A stretch of 64,000 bases of DNA from an uncultured Thiotrichales bacterium (GTDB taxonomy: Bacteria; Pseudomonadota; Gammaproteobacteria; Francisellales; CACEW01), in the NCBI GenBank assembly GCA_903870015.1, contig CAIQBE010000002.1, positions 45,863-109,862 of the forward strand. Direction: 5' to 3'. The number at the start of each line of letters is the position of its first letter. Positions within the stretch are counted from its first letter, which is position 1. The position numbers and the translations under genes are program-made. The notes under the pieces were generated by a model, which was not told the DNA's origin, did no database searches, and worked only from the letters and a program-made list of their open reading frames with translations. Positions 29,477-38,538 of this stretch are shown one piece after another.

Positions 29477-30430
29477 ATGGAATTTTTTAAAAAACAAACA
29501 AACATTGATTTTATGGGTGTACGTAAGATTAGCTGGACCTTCTCAGCCATTTTAATTACTGTTTGTTTGCTCTCAATTTTTATTCGTGGCATCAACTGGG
29601 GGCTGGATTTTACCGGAGGTTACGCCATTCAGGCTAGCTTCGATACGGCTCCAGATATTAGTAACGTCAAAGATGCCTTAACCCAAGCAGGCTTGGCGCA
29701 TGCCGATGTTATTACTTTTGGTTCCACCAAAGATTTAATGATTACCTTTTCTGCCAAAGATATTAAACAAGATATTACTAACTTTGATCAAAGCAGCAAT
29801 CAAGCAGTACAGGGAACGATTACCAGTAAATTTAATCAGGCGGTACCACAGGCGCACATTACTCAAATTAATTATACTGGACCGCAAGTCGGGGCCGAAT
29901 TGGCGCAAACAGGCGTGCTGGCGATGGTGGTGGCGATTCTCGCGATCATGATTTACATCGCTTTACGTTTTGAAATCAAATTTGCCATGAGTGCAGCCAT
30001 CTCGCTCTCTCATGACCCCATCGTTATTCTTGGCGTATTTTCAATTTTTCAATTTCGCTTTGATCTAACCGCATTAGCAGCAGTCTTAGCAGTGATTGGC
30101 TATTCACTCAATGATATTGTCGTTGTTTATGATCGAATCCGGGAAAACTTTAGGGTGATGCGTAAAGCGCCGATTACTGAAGTCGTCAATCGTGCCATCA
30201 ACGATACTTTGTCGCGGACGATCATGACTGCAAGCTTAACGTTTTTAGTGGTGTTTGTATTATTTCTTTTGGGCGGCCCCAGCATTCATTATTTTGCCCT
30301 CGCCTTAATGATCGGTGTTGTGATCGGTACTTATTCTTCAATTTATAACGCTGGTGGTTTGGCGGTGCTCTTTGGCCTTGATAGGGATGTATTTGTGCCT
30401 AAACCAAAAGAGGTCGATGCGCTACCTTAA
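29477..30430 (+). CDS. secF: protein translocase subunit SecF
   Basis: GLDFTGG, SLNDIVVVYDRIREN; immediately follows secD. Confidence 0.95.
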   Translation: MEFFKKQTNIDFMGVRKISWTFSAILITVCLLSIFIRGINWGLDFTGGYAIQASFDTAPDISNVKDALTQAGLAHADVITFGSTKDLMITFSAKDIKQDITNFDQSSNQAVQGTITSKFNQAVPQAHITQINYTGPQVGAELAQTGVLAMVVAILAIMIYIALRFEIKFAMSAAISLSHDPIVILGVFSIFQFRFDLTALAAVLAVIGYSLNDIVVVYDRIRENFRVMRKAPITEVVNRAINDTLSRTIMTASLTFLVVFVLFLLGGPSIHYFALALMIGVVIGTYSSIYNAGGLAVLFGLDRDVFVPKPKEVDALP

Positions 30431-30448
30431 AATATTCAGGAGTATCGC

Positions 30449-31396
30449 ATGTTAAAAAAAGTTTTGGGCATCTGTTTATTTTGGGTTTCAAGCATACTCT
30501 GTGCTGCGCCGACCAATGTCAAAGTGGCGCTGGATTGGTATATTAATCCTGATCATGCGCCCTTATTAGTCGCAGCTTCCTATGGCTACTTTGCCGAGCA
30601 AGGTTTAAATGTCGAATTTATTCAGCCCACGAATACGTCGAGTGCCAGAAATTTAGTCTTAACGCATCAGGCCGATATCGGCATTGATTATCAGCCAGAG
30701 ATGATGCTTGCCATCAGTCAGGGCATGCCCTTAAAAGTATTTGCCAATTTGATTCCCACGCCTTTAAGTTGTATGGCCTCGTTAGCAGGAGGCCCTATTA
30801 GCACTATGGGAGATTTTAAAGGAAAAAGTATTGCCTATAGTGGTGATCCTTTAGATGCCGCATTGATTAACACGACACTAAAAACCGCTGGTGTTGACCC
30901 AAAATCGGTCACTTTAGTGCCTGTCAATATGGATTTAACACAAGTGCTATTATCCAAAAAAGTCGATGCGGTGAATGGCTTTATGCGTAATGTAGAGCCA
31001 GTACAGCTCAAAGCTGAGGGTGTGCAAACCAATGTTTTTTATCCTGAACAATATGGCGTGCCACAATACGCTGAGCTCGTATTAATTACCGATCCAAGCC
31101 ATATGGATCCAGCCACATTGCAAAAGTTTATGAAAGCGCTCAATGAAGGTGTGGTGACCTTACGCGCGCATCCGATCGATGCTTGGAATAAAGTAAAAGC
31201 GGCTTATCCGCAAGAGTTGTCTAGCTCCAAAACCATCGAGTCTCAAAATTCACTCATCTGGCTCGCCAGTTATTCTGAATTTACCACCAAAATGACGAGT
31301 ATTTCAGGGAGTGAATATCAGGCCTATAATGCATTCTTGTTGAAGAATGGCTTGATTAAAGCCTTGCTACCTTTGGATCAATATTGGTATCACTAA
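30449..31396 (+). CDS. NMT1/THI5-like periplasmic substrate-binding protein (orphan)
   Basis: Signal peptide, then VKVALDWYINPDHAPLLVAASYGYFAEQGLNVEF, typical of NMT1/THI5-like (ThiY/SsuA-like) binding proteins. No permease or ATPase gene is adjacent. Confidence 0.65.
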   Translation: MLKKVLGICLFWVSSILCAAPTNVKVALDWYINPDHAPLLVAASYGYFAEQGLNVEFIQPTNTSSARNLVLTHQADIGIDYQPEMMLAISQGMPLKVFANLIPTPLSCMASLAGGPISTMGDFKGKSIAYSGDPLDAALINTTLKTAGVDPKSVTLVPVNMDLTQVLLSKKVDAVNGFMRNVEPVQLKAEGVQTNVFYPEQYGVPQYAELVLITDPSHMDPATLQKFMKALNEGVVTLRAHPIDAWNKVKAAYPQELSSSKTIESQNSLIWLASYSEFTTKMTSISGSEYQAYNAFLLKNGLIKALLPLDQYWYH

Positions 31397-31544
31397 GCCA
31401 TTGTGTTATTGTACAAAAAGCATATAATGGCTATTATGTAGTCAAAAAGAGTGATTGTGAGTCTCTTGGCGAATCAGCTTAGTCATAATAGCCCACTCAT
31501 CAAAGGCTAAGCGTTTTGAGTTAGCGGAGTTCATGGGGTAAGAT

Positions 31545-31621
31545 TGGTGTCCTGGGGCGGATTTGAACCGCCGACCTTCCCCTTAGGAGGGGGACGCGCT
31601 ATCCAGCTGAGCCACCAGGAC
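31545..31621 (-). tRNA. tRNA-Arg (anticodon CCU)
   Basis: Hand-folded: GTCCTGG acceptor stem pairing with CCAGGAC, followed by ACCA. D-arm GCTCAGCTGGATAGC; anticodon stem TCCCC/GGGGA with loop CTCCTAA (CCT); T-arm GGCGGTTCAAATCCGCC. 77 nt with encoded CCA. Confidence 0.9.
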
Positions 31622-31673
31622 GTGGAATGATAGATTCTATAACGTTTTGGCGCAAAAATGCAAGTTTTAGGCG

Positions 31674-32543
31674 CTATGCGCTCAGAATGCGAAAATAATT
31701 TTTAAATCGGGCTTCGCTGATGGTACCCTCGAGCACGGCTTGTTCAAGGGCGCAGCCAGGATCACTTTGATGGCTGCAATTACGAAATTTACAATGCCCA
31801 AGATAAGGCTTAAACTCACGAAAACCGTAAATAAGATCAGGCTTTTGTGCAGCAGTCAGGTGAAACTCTCGGATGCCAGGAGCATCAAAAATTTCACCGC
31901 CAAAAGGCAGGTGGTACAGAGAGCAGGTTGAGGTCGTATGCTGGCCTTTCTGATTGGCGATAGAGATATCTCCAACGGCCGCATCGCCACCAATGAGCCG
32001 ATTAAGTAAAGAAGATTTGCCAACACCCGAGACGCCCAGCATGAGTGTTGCTTGGTCTTTTAATAAGGCAGTTAAGGCTGGCAGATTTTGTTGCTGAGCG
32101 ACGCTGATAGGGACGACATTGTAACCAATCGCTTTATAATAATCCAAAGCAGTGCGTATAGCGGCATTCCTATCATCAAGCAAGTCGATTTTATTTAACA
32201 CAATAAATACTGGTAAACGCGCAAGCTCAGCCGCACACAAATATTGATCCAAATAAATTTCAGAAGTCTGTGGGGCAGCAGCAAGCACAATCATCACTTG
32301 TGTTAAGTTCGCAGCAATTTCCTTCACCGGATGATAGCGATCGCTACGGGCCAAAATAGAGCTCCGAGGGAGCCGCTCGACAATAACGGGAGTATTAAGC
32401 GAAGTATGAATCAGCACGTAATCGCCGACGGTAGTCGTGGCAATATTTTTACGGCTAAAACATTCATAAACATGTTGATCAGCCTCTACCAAGAGGGTTT
32501 GGCCGTATTCCCTAATAATTTGTCCACGAAGGTAGGGAGTCAT
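31674..32543 (-). CDS. rsgA: ribosome small-subunit-dependent GTPase A
   Basis: Circularly permuted GTPase: VLNKIDLL then GVSGVGKSSLLNRL; Zn knuckle CKFRNCSHQSDPGC. The start ATG overlaps the upstream stop (ATGA). Confidence 0.9.
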   Translation of the reverse strand: MTPYLRGQIIREYGQTLLVEADQHVYECFSRKNIATTTVGDYVLIHTSLNTPVIVERLPRSSILARSDRYHPVKEIAANLTQVMIVLAAAPQTSEIYLDQYLCAAELARLPVFIVLNKIDLLDDRNAAIRTALDYYKAIGYNVVPISVAQQQNLPALTALLKDQATLMLGVSGVGKSSLLNRLIGGDAAVGDISIANQKGQHTTSTCSLYHLPFGGEIFDAPGIREFHLTAAQKPDLIYGFREFKPYLGHCKFRNCSHQSDPGCALEQAVLEGTISEARFKNYFRILSA

Positions 32544-34468
32544 AGGCCCTGTCTATGGTAGCGAGCGTAATATTTTTGATGACTGTACTTAGAAATCGCT
32601 TGGATATTTTGGTCATTAAAATTAAAGATATTACCATCCAGCGGTACACCATGATTATCAAATTGTTTAACCACGGTTTCAATATGATAGCCTTGAACTT
32701 TAGCGGCAGCCACAACAATGAAATTAAGCGTACAATGCTTGGCAATGAGGGAGGCATCAGAGACTGCGAGTATCGGCGGAGTATCGATGACCACAAAGTC
32801 ATAATGTTGTTCGATGTCATGCAGCAATTGAGGGAGAGTATCACGTAGCAATAAATCGCCTGTGGGTTGTGCGTATAGGCCGCAGCTAATAAAATCAAGA
32901 TTTTTAAATTCGGTGGGGTGTAATGCTTGATCCAGGGTGGTAGTGCCGCTAAGTAACTCGCTTAAACCAGGGGTCAGCGACTTTTTAAGGTATTGATATA
33001 AGCTGCCTTTGCGAATATCAGCATCCACCAATAACACTTTTTTGCCTGATTCTGCGAGGGTGGCAGCAAGATTGAGCGCAATAAAAGATGCGCCAGTATC
33101 TGGGGTAACGCTGCTAATACCAATGACTTTCCCTTGTTTATTAGCTGCCATAAGTGACAGCGTTGCCCCTAAGCTACGCAGAGAGTCAATGACGGGATCA
33201 TTATTATCAAGTTTTGCTAAGATCGGTAGGGTATTTAGTTTTTTCTGATCAAAAAGCTTTTTATTTTTGGCCTGTACTGCAGAATAAGGGATCAGGGCAA
33301 GGGTGAGTAAGCCAAATTCGCGCTCAATCATATAGGGATCACTGATGCCGCTATTTAAAGAATGGCGCACAAAAATAAACAATGCACCAATGATACAGCC
33401 AGCAAAGGCGCCTGCAAGCGCAATGAGAAAAATATGGGAAGGGATTTGACTGGGCGCTGTAGCGGGTGATAGCAAGGTCACGTTGGCTGTGGTGCTGGCA
33501 CTATTTTTGGAGGCAAGACTCACAATGGCATTAACGATGGTAGGTGCATTTGAGGCAACTGGGCTTTTTAATGAGAACTGAAATAGACCGGTATTGTTAG
33601 GATCTTGAGGTCCCGAGGTCAGTGGGCTAATAGTTAACATTTTTTGTAAGCCTTGCACAATATCAGTATCAGAATAACGGCGCAGATAAAACTCAGTATT
33701 AGGCCGTGCAGTGATATTGCTAATGAGGATATTGATTTTGCCATCATCACTCATAGCGGGTTTATTAACGATGCCTTCAAGGATAAGATCGCTATCCTTA
33801 TAAAGTTCGTAATGATTAGCATCAAGCACTTTTAGTGTGAACTTTTCTTTGAAACTCTGGGAGGGGACATTAAATGCTGCAACTACCAAAGACTCGCCCC
33901 CCCAAGCATAGCTCATGAGGCCAAAGCGCGCAGGCGCAAGACCATTACCTTGATAGTGCTCGGCCATACGGCGCCCCATAAGCGGAAAATATTTAGGTGT
34001 CACGCTGACATTGAGCGCCAGGCTAGAAACTAGGGGCTGCAAAATATAGCTGGATTGCATTAAAGTAATCAATTTCGCTTGTGCTTGAGCGCTACGAATA
34101 GTATCACCATTTAAAGCTGCGGAAGCCAAAGCCACATTTGTAGCAGAAGGAGCCATGGTAGAAAATTGAGTAAGTGTAGGGCTATTTTGCGCGCTGATTT
34201 GCAATATTGCAGAAGATTGGTAAAGCGTCGGTTTCAACATCGCAAAAGTAAGGCTTAAAATAAAACCCACAAACAAGCATGCCAAAAGAATAAACTTATG
34301 CACCATGAGGGTTTGAGTAATTTCTTTAAGATCAATTTCAGCAGCATCAACATTTTCCTGGTGAGTTCGTGAGTTTAGATCATGCATTTTATCAATCCAT
34401 TTGGTTTGTCGAAGCATTTTACTGAAATGCCATGTAATTGCAATAATATCATGTTGCAGATACGTCAT
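32540..34468 (-). CDS. polysaccharide co-polymerase (PCP-2a, Wzc/GumC-like) with C-terminal BY-kinase-like domain
   Basis: TM1 (FILLACLFVGFILSL), a ~300-aa periplasmic domain, TM2, then VIGISSVTPDTGASFIALNLAATLAESGKKVLLVDADIRKG (Walker A/A'), FVVIDTPP (Walker B) and the Tyr-rich tail KYSHQKYYARYHRQGL. I chose the start at the ATG sharing its A with the permease TGA (TGATG); the track ORF extends to 34645. Confidence 0.75.
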   Translation of the reverse strand: MTYLQHDIIAITWHFSKMLRQTKWIDKMHDLNSRTHQENVDAAEIDLKEITQTLMVHKFILLACLFVGFILSLTFAMLKPTLYQSSAILQISAQNSPTLTQFSTMAPSATNVALASAALNGDTIRSAQAQAKLITLMQSSYILQPLVSSLALNVSVTPKYFPLMGRRMAEHYQGNGLAPARFGLMSYAWGGESLVVAAFNVPSQSFKEKFTLKVLDANHYELYKDSDLILEGIVNKPAMSDDGKINILISNITARPNTEFYLRRYSDTDIVQGLQKMLTISPLTSGPQDPNNTGLFQFSLKSPVASNAPTIVNAIVSLASKNSASTTANVTLLSPATAPSQIPSHIFLIALAGAFAGCIIGALFIFVRHSLNSGISDPYMIEREFGLLTLALIPYSAVQAKNKKLFDQKKLNTLPILAKLDNNDPVIDSLRSLGATLSLMAANKQGKVIGISSVTPDTGASFIALNLAATLAESGKKVLLVDADIRKGSLYQYLKKSLTPGLSELLSGTTTLDQALHPTEFKNLDFISCGLYAQPTGDLLLRDTLPQLLHDIEQHYDFVVIDTPPILAVSDASLIAKHCTLNFIVVAAAKVQGYHIETVVKQFDNHGVPLDGNIFNFNDQNIQAISKYSHQKYYARYHRQGL

Positions 34469-35604
34469 CAATCCAAAGTTTGCCGATAACGCTTGACACA
34501 AAGGACCCCAACGATCAATAAGCACAGCAAAATCGGCCAAAGATTGCACCAGATTTCGGGAAAGCCATTGCCCTTGAGCATAATGCCACGCACAATACGC
34601 AAGAAATGCGTTAAGGGAAATACTTCGCCAAGCCATTGAGCCCACTGAGGCATGCCGTAGAATGGAAACATAAAGCCTGATAATAGAATCGAGGGTAGAA
34701 AAAAGAAGAAGGTCATTTGCATCGCTTGGAGTTGGTTTTTGGCAACGGTAGAAAAGGTCAAGCCGATGGCCAAGTTAACAGCAACAAAGGGCAGGGTGGT
34801 CAACATTAATAAACTAATACTACCCTGACACGGCACATCAAATAAATATAGCGCTGTCAATAAAATCAAGAATTGCTGACCATAGCCCACAATAATATAA
34901 GGCAGAATTTTGCCAATCATCACCTCGATCGGCCTAATCGGCATCGCTAAAAGATTTTCCATGGTCCCGCGTTCACGCTCTTTCGTAATGGTAAGACCCG
35001 TAATCATAATCATGGTCATGGTAAGAATCACACCCATCAAGCCTGGAATAATACTGTACTGCGTGATGGCCTCGGGGTTGTATTTGGTGTGTACTAGTAA
35101 ATTAAAGGGCGCGGCACTATTATTCAAAAAATTTAAGCCATTGTGTTGCAAGAGATTGGTGAATACTTGTGTCGATAAAACTTGCATCGCTAACAAGGCA
35201 TTGCCAGTTGAGCCAGGGTCAGTTGCATCAGAGGTTACCAGGATTGATGGCTGAGCGCCCTGTAATAAATCGCGGGTGAAGTTTGCGGGGATATTGATCA
35301 CAAAAATCACTTTGCCTGTGGCCAATGCCTCTTCAGCTTGCGCCTCGGTGGCATTATTGTTGACTACCTCAAAATACGCGGTATTTTGTACGGCAGTGAC
35401 AAAGGTGCGAGTGAATTCAGAGTAATCTGCGCTGACAACCATCGTCGGTAAGTTTTTGGGATTAAGATTAATGGCCAAGCCAAACAAGAGTAATTGAATC
35501 AGGGGAATGCCAACTAACATGCCGATCGTTACGCTATCACGACGCATCTGCATAAACTCTTTAACGATCAGCGCCCATACACGGTGCCAAGAAAATTTAA
35601 GCAA
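34468..35604 (-). CDS. ABC-2 type exporter permease (YbhS/YhhJ-like)
   Basis: N-terminal TM, a large periplasmic loop, then 5 TMs. ABC-2 signature region ...TKERERGTMENLLAMPIRPIEVMIGKILPY. Confidence 0.85.
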   Translation of the reverse strand: MLKFSWHRVWALIVKEFMQMRRDSVTIGMLVGIPLIQLLLFGLAINLNPKNLPTMVVSADYSEFTRTFVTAVQNTAYFEVVNNNATEAQAEEALATGKVIFVINIPANFTRDLLQGAQPSILVTSDATDPGSTGNALLAMQVLSTQVFTNLLQHNGLNFLNNSAAPFNLLVHTKYNPEAITQYSIIPGLMGVILTMTMIMITGLTITKERERGTMENLLAMPIRPIEVMIGKILPYIIVGYGQQFLILLTALYLFDVPCQGSISLLMLTTLPFVAVNLAIGLTFSTVAKNQLQAMQMTFFFFLPSILLSGFMFPFYGMPQWAQWLGEVFPLTHFLRIVRGIMLKGNGFPEIWCNLWPILLCLLIVGVLCVKRYRQTLD

Positions 35605-36529
35605 AATTATCCTCCCGGGTTTCCATAAAGTGGATAAACACGTCTTCTAAGTTAGATTTAATAGGCTGCCAGTGGCTGCCCTGGCCCTCAAATTTTTTAA
35701 TCGATGCCAGCATAGCCTGCTCATTGACCCCACTAACATGCAAGACCCGACCAAACGCAGTGACTTGGGTAAATACCGGATCTTGCTTTAATTGTGCGGC
35801 CAAAATATTGGTATTGTCACTCTGTACTTCCCAGGTAAACAATTTAGCATCTGCAATCACTTGCTCTAGCGTGCCTGAGGTTAGCATATTACCGTATGCG
35901 ATATAAGCTAAGCGATCACAGCGCTCGGCCTCATCCATATAATGCGTACTCACCAACGTGGTGACGCCTTCCGTTGATAATTTGTGAATCTCATCCCAAA
36001 AATCGCGCCGTGCTTTGGGGTCAACGCCTGCCGTGGGTTCATCTAATAACAATAATTTGGGCTGATGAATAGTTACGGCAGCCAACGCTAGACGCTGTTT
36101 CCAGCCGCCGGATAAAGTCCCTGCAAATTGTTTTTGGCGCTCACGCCCAATCCCCAGGCGATCGATACTCTCTTGTACTAGAGCTTTGCGATTGGGCAAA
36201 GCATACATGCGTGCGACAAAATCAAGATTTTCTTTAATCGTCAGATCATCGTATAAGCTGAATTTTTGGGTCATATAGCCAACATTTTGCTTAATCAGCT
36301 CAGACTCTGTGAGTACTTGATAGCCTAAACACGTACCCTCGCCGCCATCAGCAGAGAGCAAGCCGCAAATCATGCGGATCGTGGTGGTTTTGCCACTGCC
36401 ATTGGGTCCTAAAAATCCATAAATTTCGCCTTTTTTAACTTGCAGGGACACGCCATTGACCACGGCTTTGCCATAAAAACGCTTGGTCAGGTTGCGTACG
36501 TCAATGACTAGCTCTTCATTGGCGTTCAT
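35597..36529 (-). CDS. ABC transporter ATP-binding protein
   Basis: Walker A GPNGSGKTT, signature LSGGWKQRL, Walker B LLLLDEPT. Confidence 0.9.
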   Translation of the reverse strand: MNANEELVIDVRNLTKRFYGKAVVNGVSLQVKKGEIYGFLGPNGSGKTTTIRMICGLLSADGGEGTCLGYQVLTESELIKQNVGYMTQKFSLYDDLTIKENLDFVARMYALPNRKALVQESIDRLGIGRERQKQFAGTLSGGWKQRLALAAVTIHQPKLLLLDEPTAGVDPKARRDFWDEIHKLSTEGVTTLVSTHYMDEAERCDRLAYIAYGNMLTSGTLEQVIADAKLFTWEVQSDNTNILAAQLKQDPVFTQVTAFGRVLHVSGVNEQAMLASIKKFEGQGSHWQPIKSNLEDVFIHFMETREDNFA

Positions 36530-37494
36530 TCATCGTCTCCCTCAGTCGAGGCGGTGATCATCACCGGTTGTCCGGGGTGCCAATCGGTCGGATTGTTGTC
36601 AAAATAAGCTTCGACACGATAAACGAGTTTACTCTCAGAGCTGCGGCTATAAATCACGGGCGGCGTGTACTCAGCTGTAGGGGAAATAAAACGGATCACT
36701 GCGGAGGCGCTGCTCTTACAACCATCACAAGTTACGCTGACTGACTCCCCTAAATGAATTTGCTTTAAGAAGGGCTCAGGGACAAAAAATACTGTCTTAA
36801 TTTTGTCAGGCGGCAATAACACGAGAACTGGTTGCATAGCAACCGCTTGTTCGCCCACCCAATGGTAGATGTCCATCACTTGCCCACTCACGGGCGCAGT
36901 TACCATGGCTTGCTGATAGGTCCATTGTGCTTGGGCTAATTGTGCTGTAGTTTGGTTTACCGTCATTTGCGCCGCATGGATCAAGTCTTTTCGAGCGGGA
37001 AGTTGGGCGGTCTTTAATGCGGATTGATATTGTTTCAGCATACCTCGAGCATTATCAGCATCTTGAATCGCTTGGTCTAAAGTGGCTTGAGCGATGCTAC
37101 CATCAGCGATCAGGGCTTTGTAGCGTTGCTCTTGTTGCTGGGTATAAATGACCTGAGCCTGTGCTTGTTTAATTTGTCCTTCAATTTCAGCGAGTTCGGA
37201 TGGGCGATCGCCTTTTTGTAAGTTTTGTAAATTCGCTTCGGCATTGGCTTTTGCGGCTTGGGCTGCTTGCAGCTGTGCTAATTCTGTGGTGGATTGTAAG
37301 CCAAATAAGGGTTGTCCCAACGTGACTGTATCGCCACGTGCTACATTAAGCTGAGTGATTTGCCCACTGACATAAGGCGATACATATACAAAATCACCTT
37401 CCACATAGCCATCGAACGTATGCGACTTAGAAGAACATGCGCAGAGGCAGCCAAATACAAAAATGGCTCCAGCCCATAATAATATTGAACGCAT
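36526..37494 (-). CDS. HlyD-family periplasmic adaptor lipoprotein (YbhG-like)
   Basis: Lipobox FGCLCAC, a biotinyl-lipoyl-like motif, a long coiled-coil hairpin (LAQLQAAQAAKANAEANLQNLQ...), and a beta-barrel domain. Confidence 0.85.
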   Translation of the reverse strand: MRSILLWAGAIFVFGCLCACSSKSHTFDGYVEGDFVYVSPYVSGQITQLNVARGDTVTLGQPLFGLQSTTELAQLQAAQAAKANAEANLQNLQKGDRPSELAEIEGQIKQAQAQVIYTQQQEQRYKALIADGSIAQATLDQAIQDADNARGMLKQYQSALKTAQLPARKDLIHAAQMTVNQTTAQLAQAQWTYQQAMVTAPVSGQVMDIYHWVGEQAVAMQPVLVLLPPDKIKTVFFVPEPFLKQIHLGESVSVTCDGCKSSASAVIRFISPTAEYTPPVIYSRSSESKLVYRVEAYFDNNPTDWHPGQPVMITASTEGDDE

Positions 37495-37665
37495 CGTCTC
37501 GTATCCTCGTATTGATAAAGTAACGCTATATTCCCAGATGTTAACAAAAAAGCCAAGCGCTATGATAGAGTGTTAGTCCTGGGGGGTATTTTAGGACAAG
37601 CATTAGCACGTTGTTAAAAAAAATGCTTTTTGTTAAGATAGGCTAAGAGTTATAAAAGCAGAACA

Positions 37666-38154
37666 GTGATTATGTTACGAGTCTTCAAAAGTTTTTTCTT
37701 GCTAGAGCTGCTCCGGGGGATGCGCTTAACCGGTTATCATTTTTTTACCAAAAAAATCACTATCCAGTTCCCTGAGGAAAAAACGCCGCAATCCAATCGT
37801 TTTCGGGGCTTGCATGCCCTAAGGCGCTATCCAAATGGCGAAGAGCGCTGTATCGCTTGTAAATTATGCGAGGCCGTATGTCCTGCTCTCGCCATCACCA
37901 TCGAAGCCGGCCCACGTCAAGCCGATGGTTCACGTCGCACCAGCTTGTACGAAATTGATTTATTTAAATGTATCTACTGTGGCTTTTGTGAAGAATCCTG
38001 TCCTGTGGATTCGATTGTTGAAACTCGCGTCTCAGAATACCATTTTGAGCATCGTGGTGAAAATATCATGACCAAAGAAAAATTGTTGGCAATCGGCGCT
38101 TGGCAAGAAGCGCAAATTGCCAAAGATCGGGAACAAGATCGGGCATACCGCTAA
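37666..38154 (+). CDS. nuoI: NADH-quinone oxidoreductase subunit I (NuoI/TYKY-type 2x[4Fe-4S])
   Basis: [37 protein letters not shown]...[18 protein letters not shown]. No other nuo gene flanks it in this window. Confidence 0.85.
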   Translation: MIMLRVFKSFFLLELLRGMRLTGYHFFTKKITIQFPEEKTPQSNRFRGLHALRRYPNGEERCIACKLCEAVCPALAITIEAGPRQADGSRRTSLYEIDLFKCIYCGFCEESCPVDSIVETRVSEYHFEHRGENIMTKEKLLAIGAWQEAQIAKDREQDRAYR

Positions 38155-38166
38155 AAAAAAGAGGGC

Positions 38167-38538
38167 ATGATGCATTTTCAAGAAAGTAAATCTAATGCGC
38201 CATTTTTTATTAAAGCCTACGAGCCTGGGCAATTATTTATTAACAATCTTACCCTGGATGCGCCAGTGATTATTTTTCAAGATCAGCTAAAAACCGACAT
38301 TTTGCCTAAGCAAATAGAGGATTTAGCACTTGAGCATATCAATATAATTTTAGAGTTAAGGCCGGAGTTAATTTTGATTGGCACAGGCCCGCATCAAAAA
38401 TTTTTAGATCATGCCCTATTACAGCCCTTGGCCGACAAGCAAATTGGTATTGAAATGATGAATACGCTATCGGCCGCACGTACCTTTAATCTCTTAAGAG
38501 AAGAGGGACGACGGGTTTTAGGTGTGTTTTTTCTTTAG
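38167..38538 (+). CDS. Mth938-like / DUF498 protein (NDUFAF3 homolog family)
   Basis: 123 aa; PELILIGTGPHQKFLDHALLQPLADKQIGIEMMNTLSAARTFNLLREEGRRV matches the Mth938-like domain pattern. Confidence 0.65.
   Translation: MMHFQESKSNAPFFIKAYEPGQLFINNLTLDAPVIIFQDQLKTDILPKQIEDLALEHINIILELRPELILIGTGPHQKFLDHALLQPLADKQIGIEMMNTLSAARTFNLLREEGRRVLGVFFL

Noticed and set aside
31397-31673. tRNA-Arg flanks examined for an integrated island (integrase, direct repeat of the tRNA 3' end)
   Set aside because: No integrase, no phage genes and no duplicated tRNA 3' segment were seen. Both neighbours are ordinary chromosomal genes.
32512-32898. 128-aa minus-strand ORF overlapping the rsgA/Wzc-like junction, and 32555-32848 on the plus strand
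   Set aside because: These are alternative-frame artefacts within the kinase-domain coding region, with no independent signals.
34469-34645. 59-codon N-terminal extension of the Wzc-like ORF overlapping the ABC-2 permease 3' end
   Set aside because: An in-frame ATG shares its A with the permease stop (TGATG). The extension would add a non-canonical segment before the usual short cytoplasmic N-terminus, so the shorter start is more parsimonious. Proteomics could settle it.
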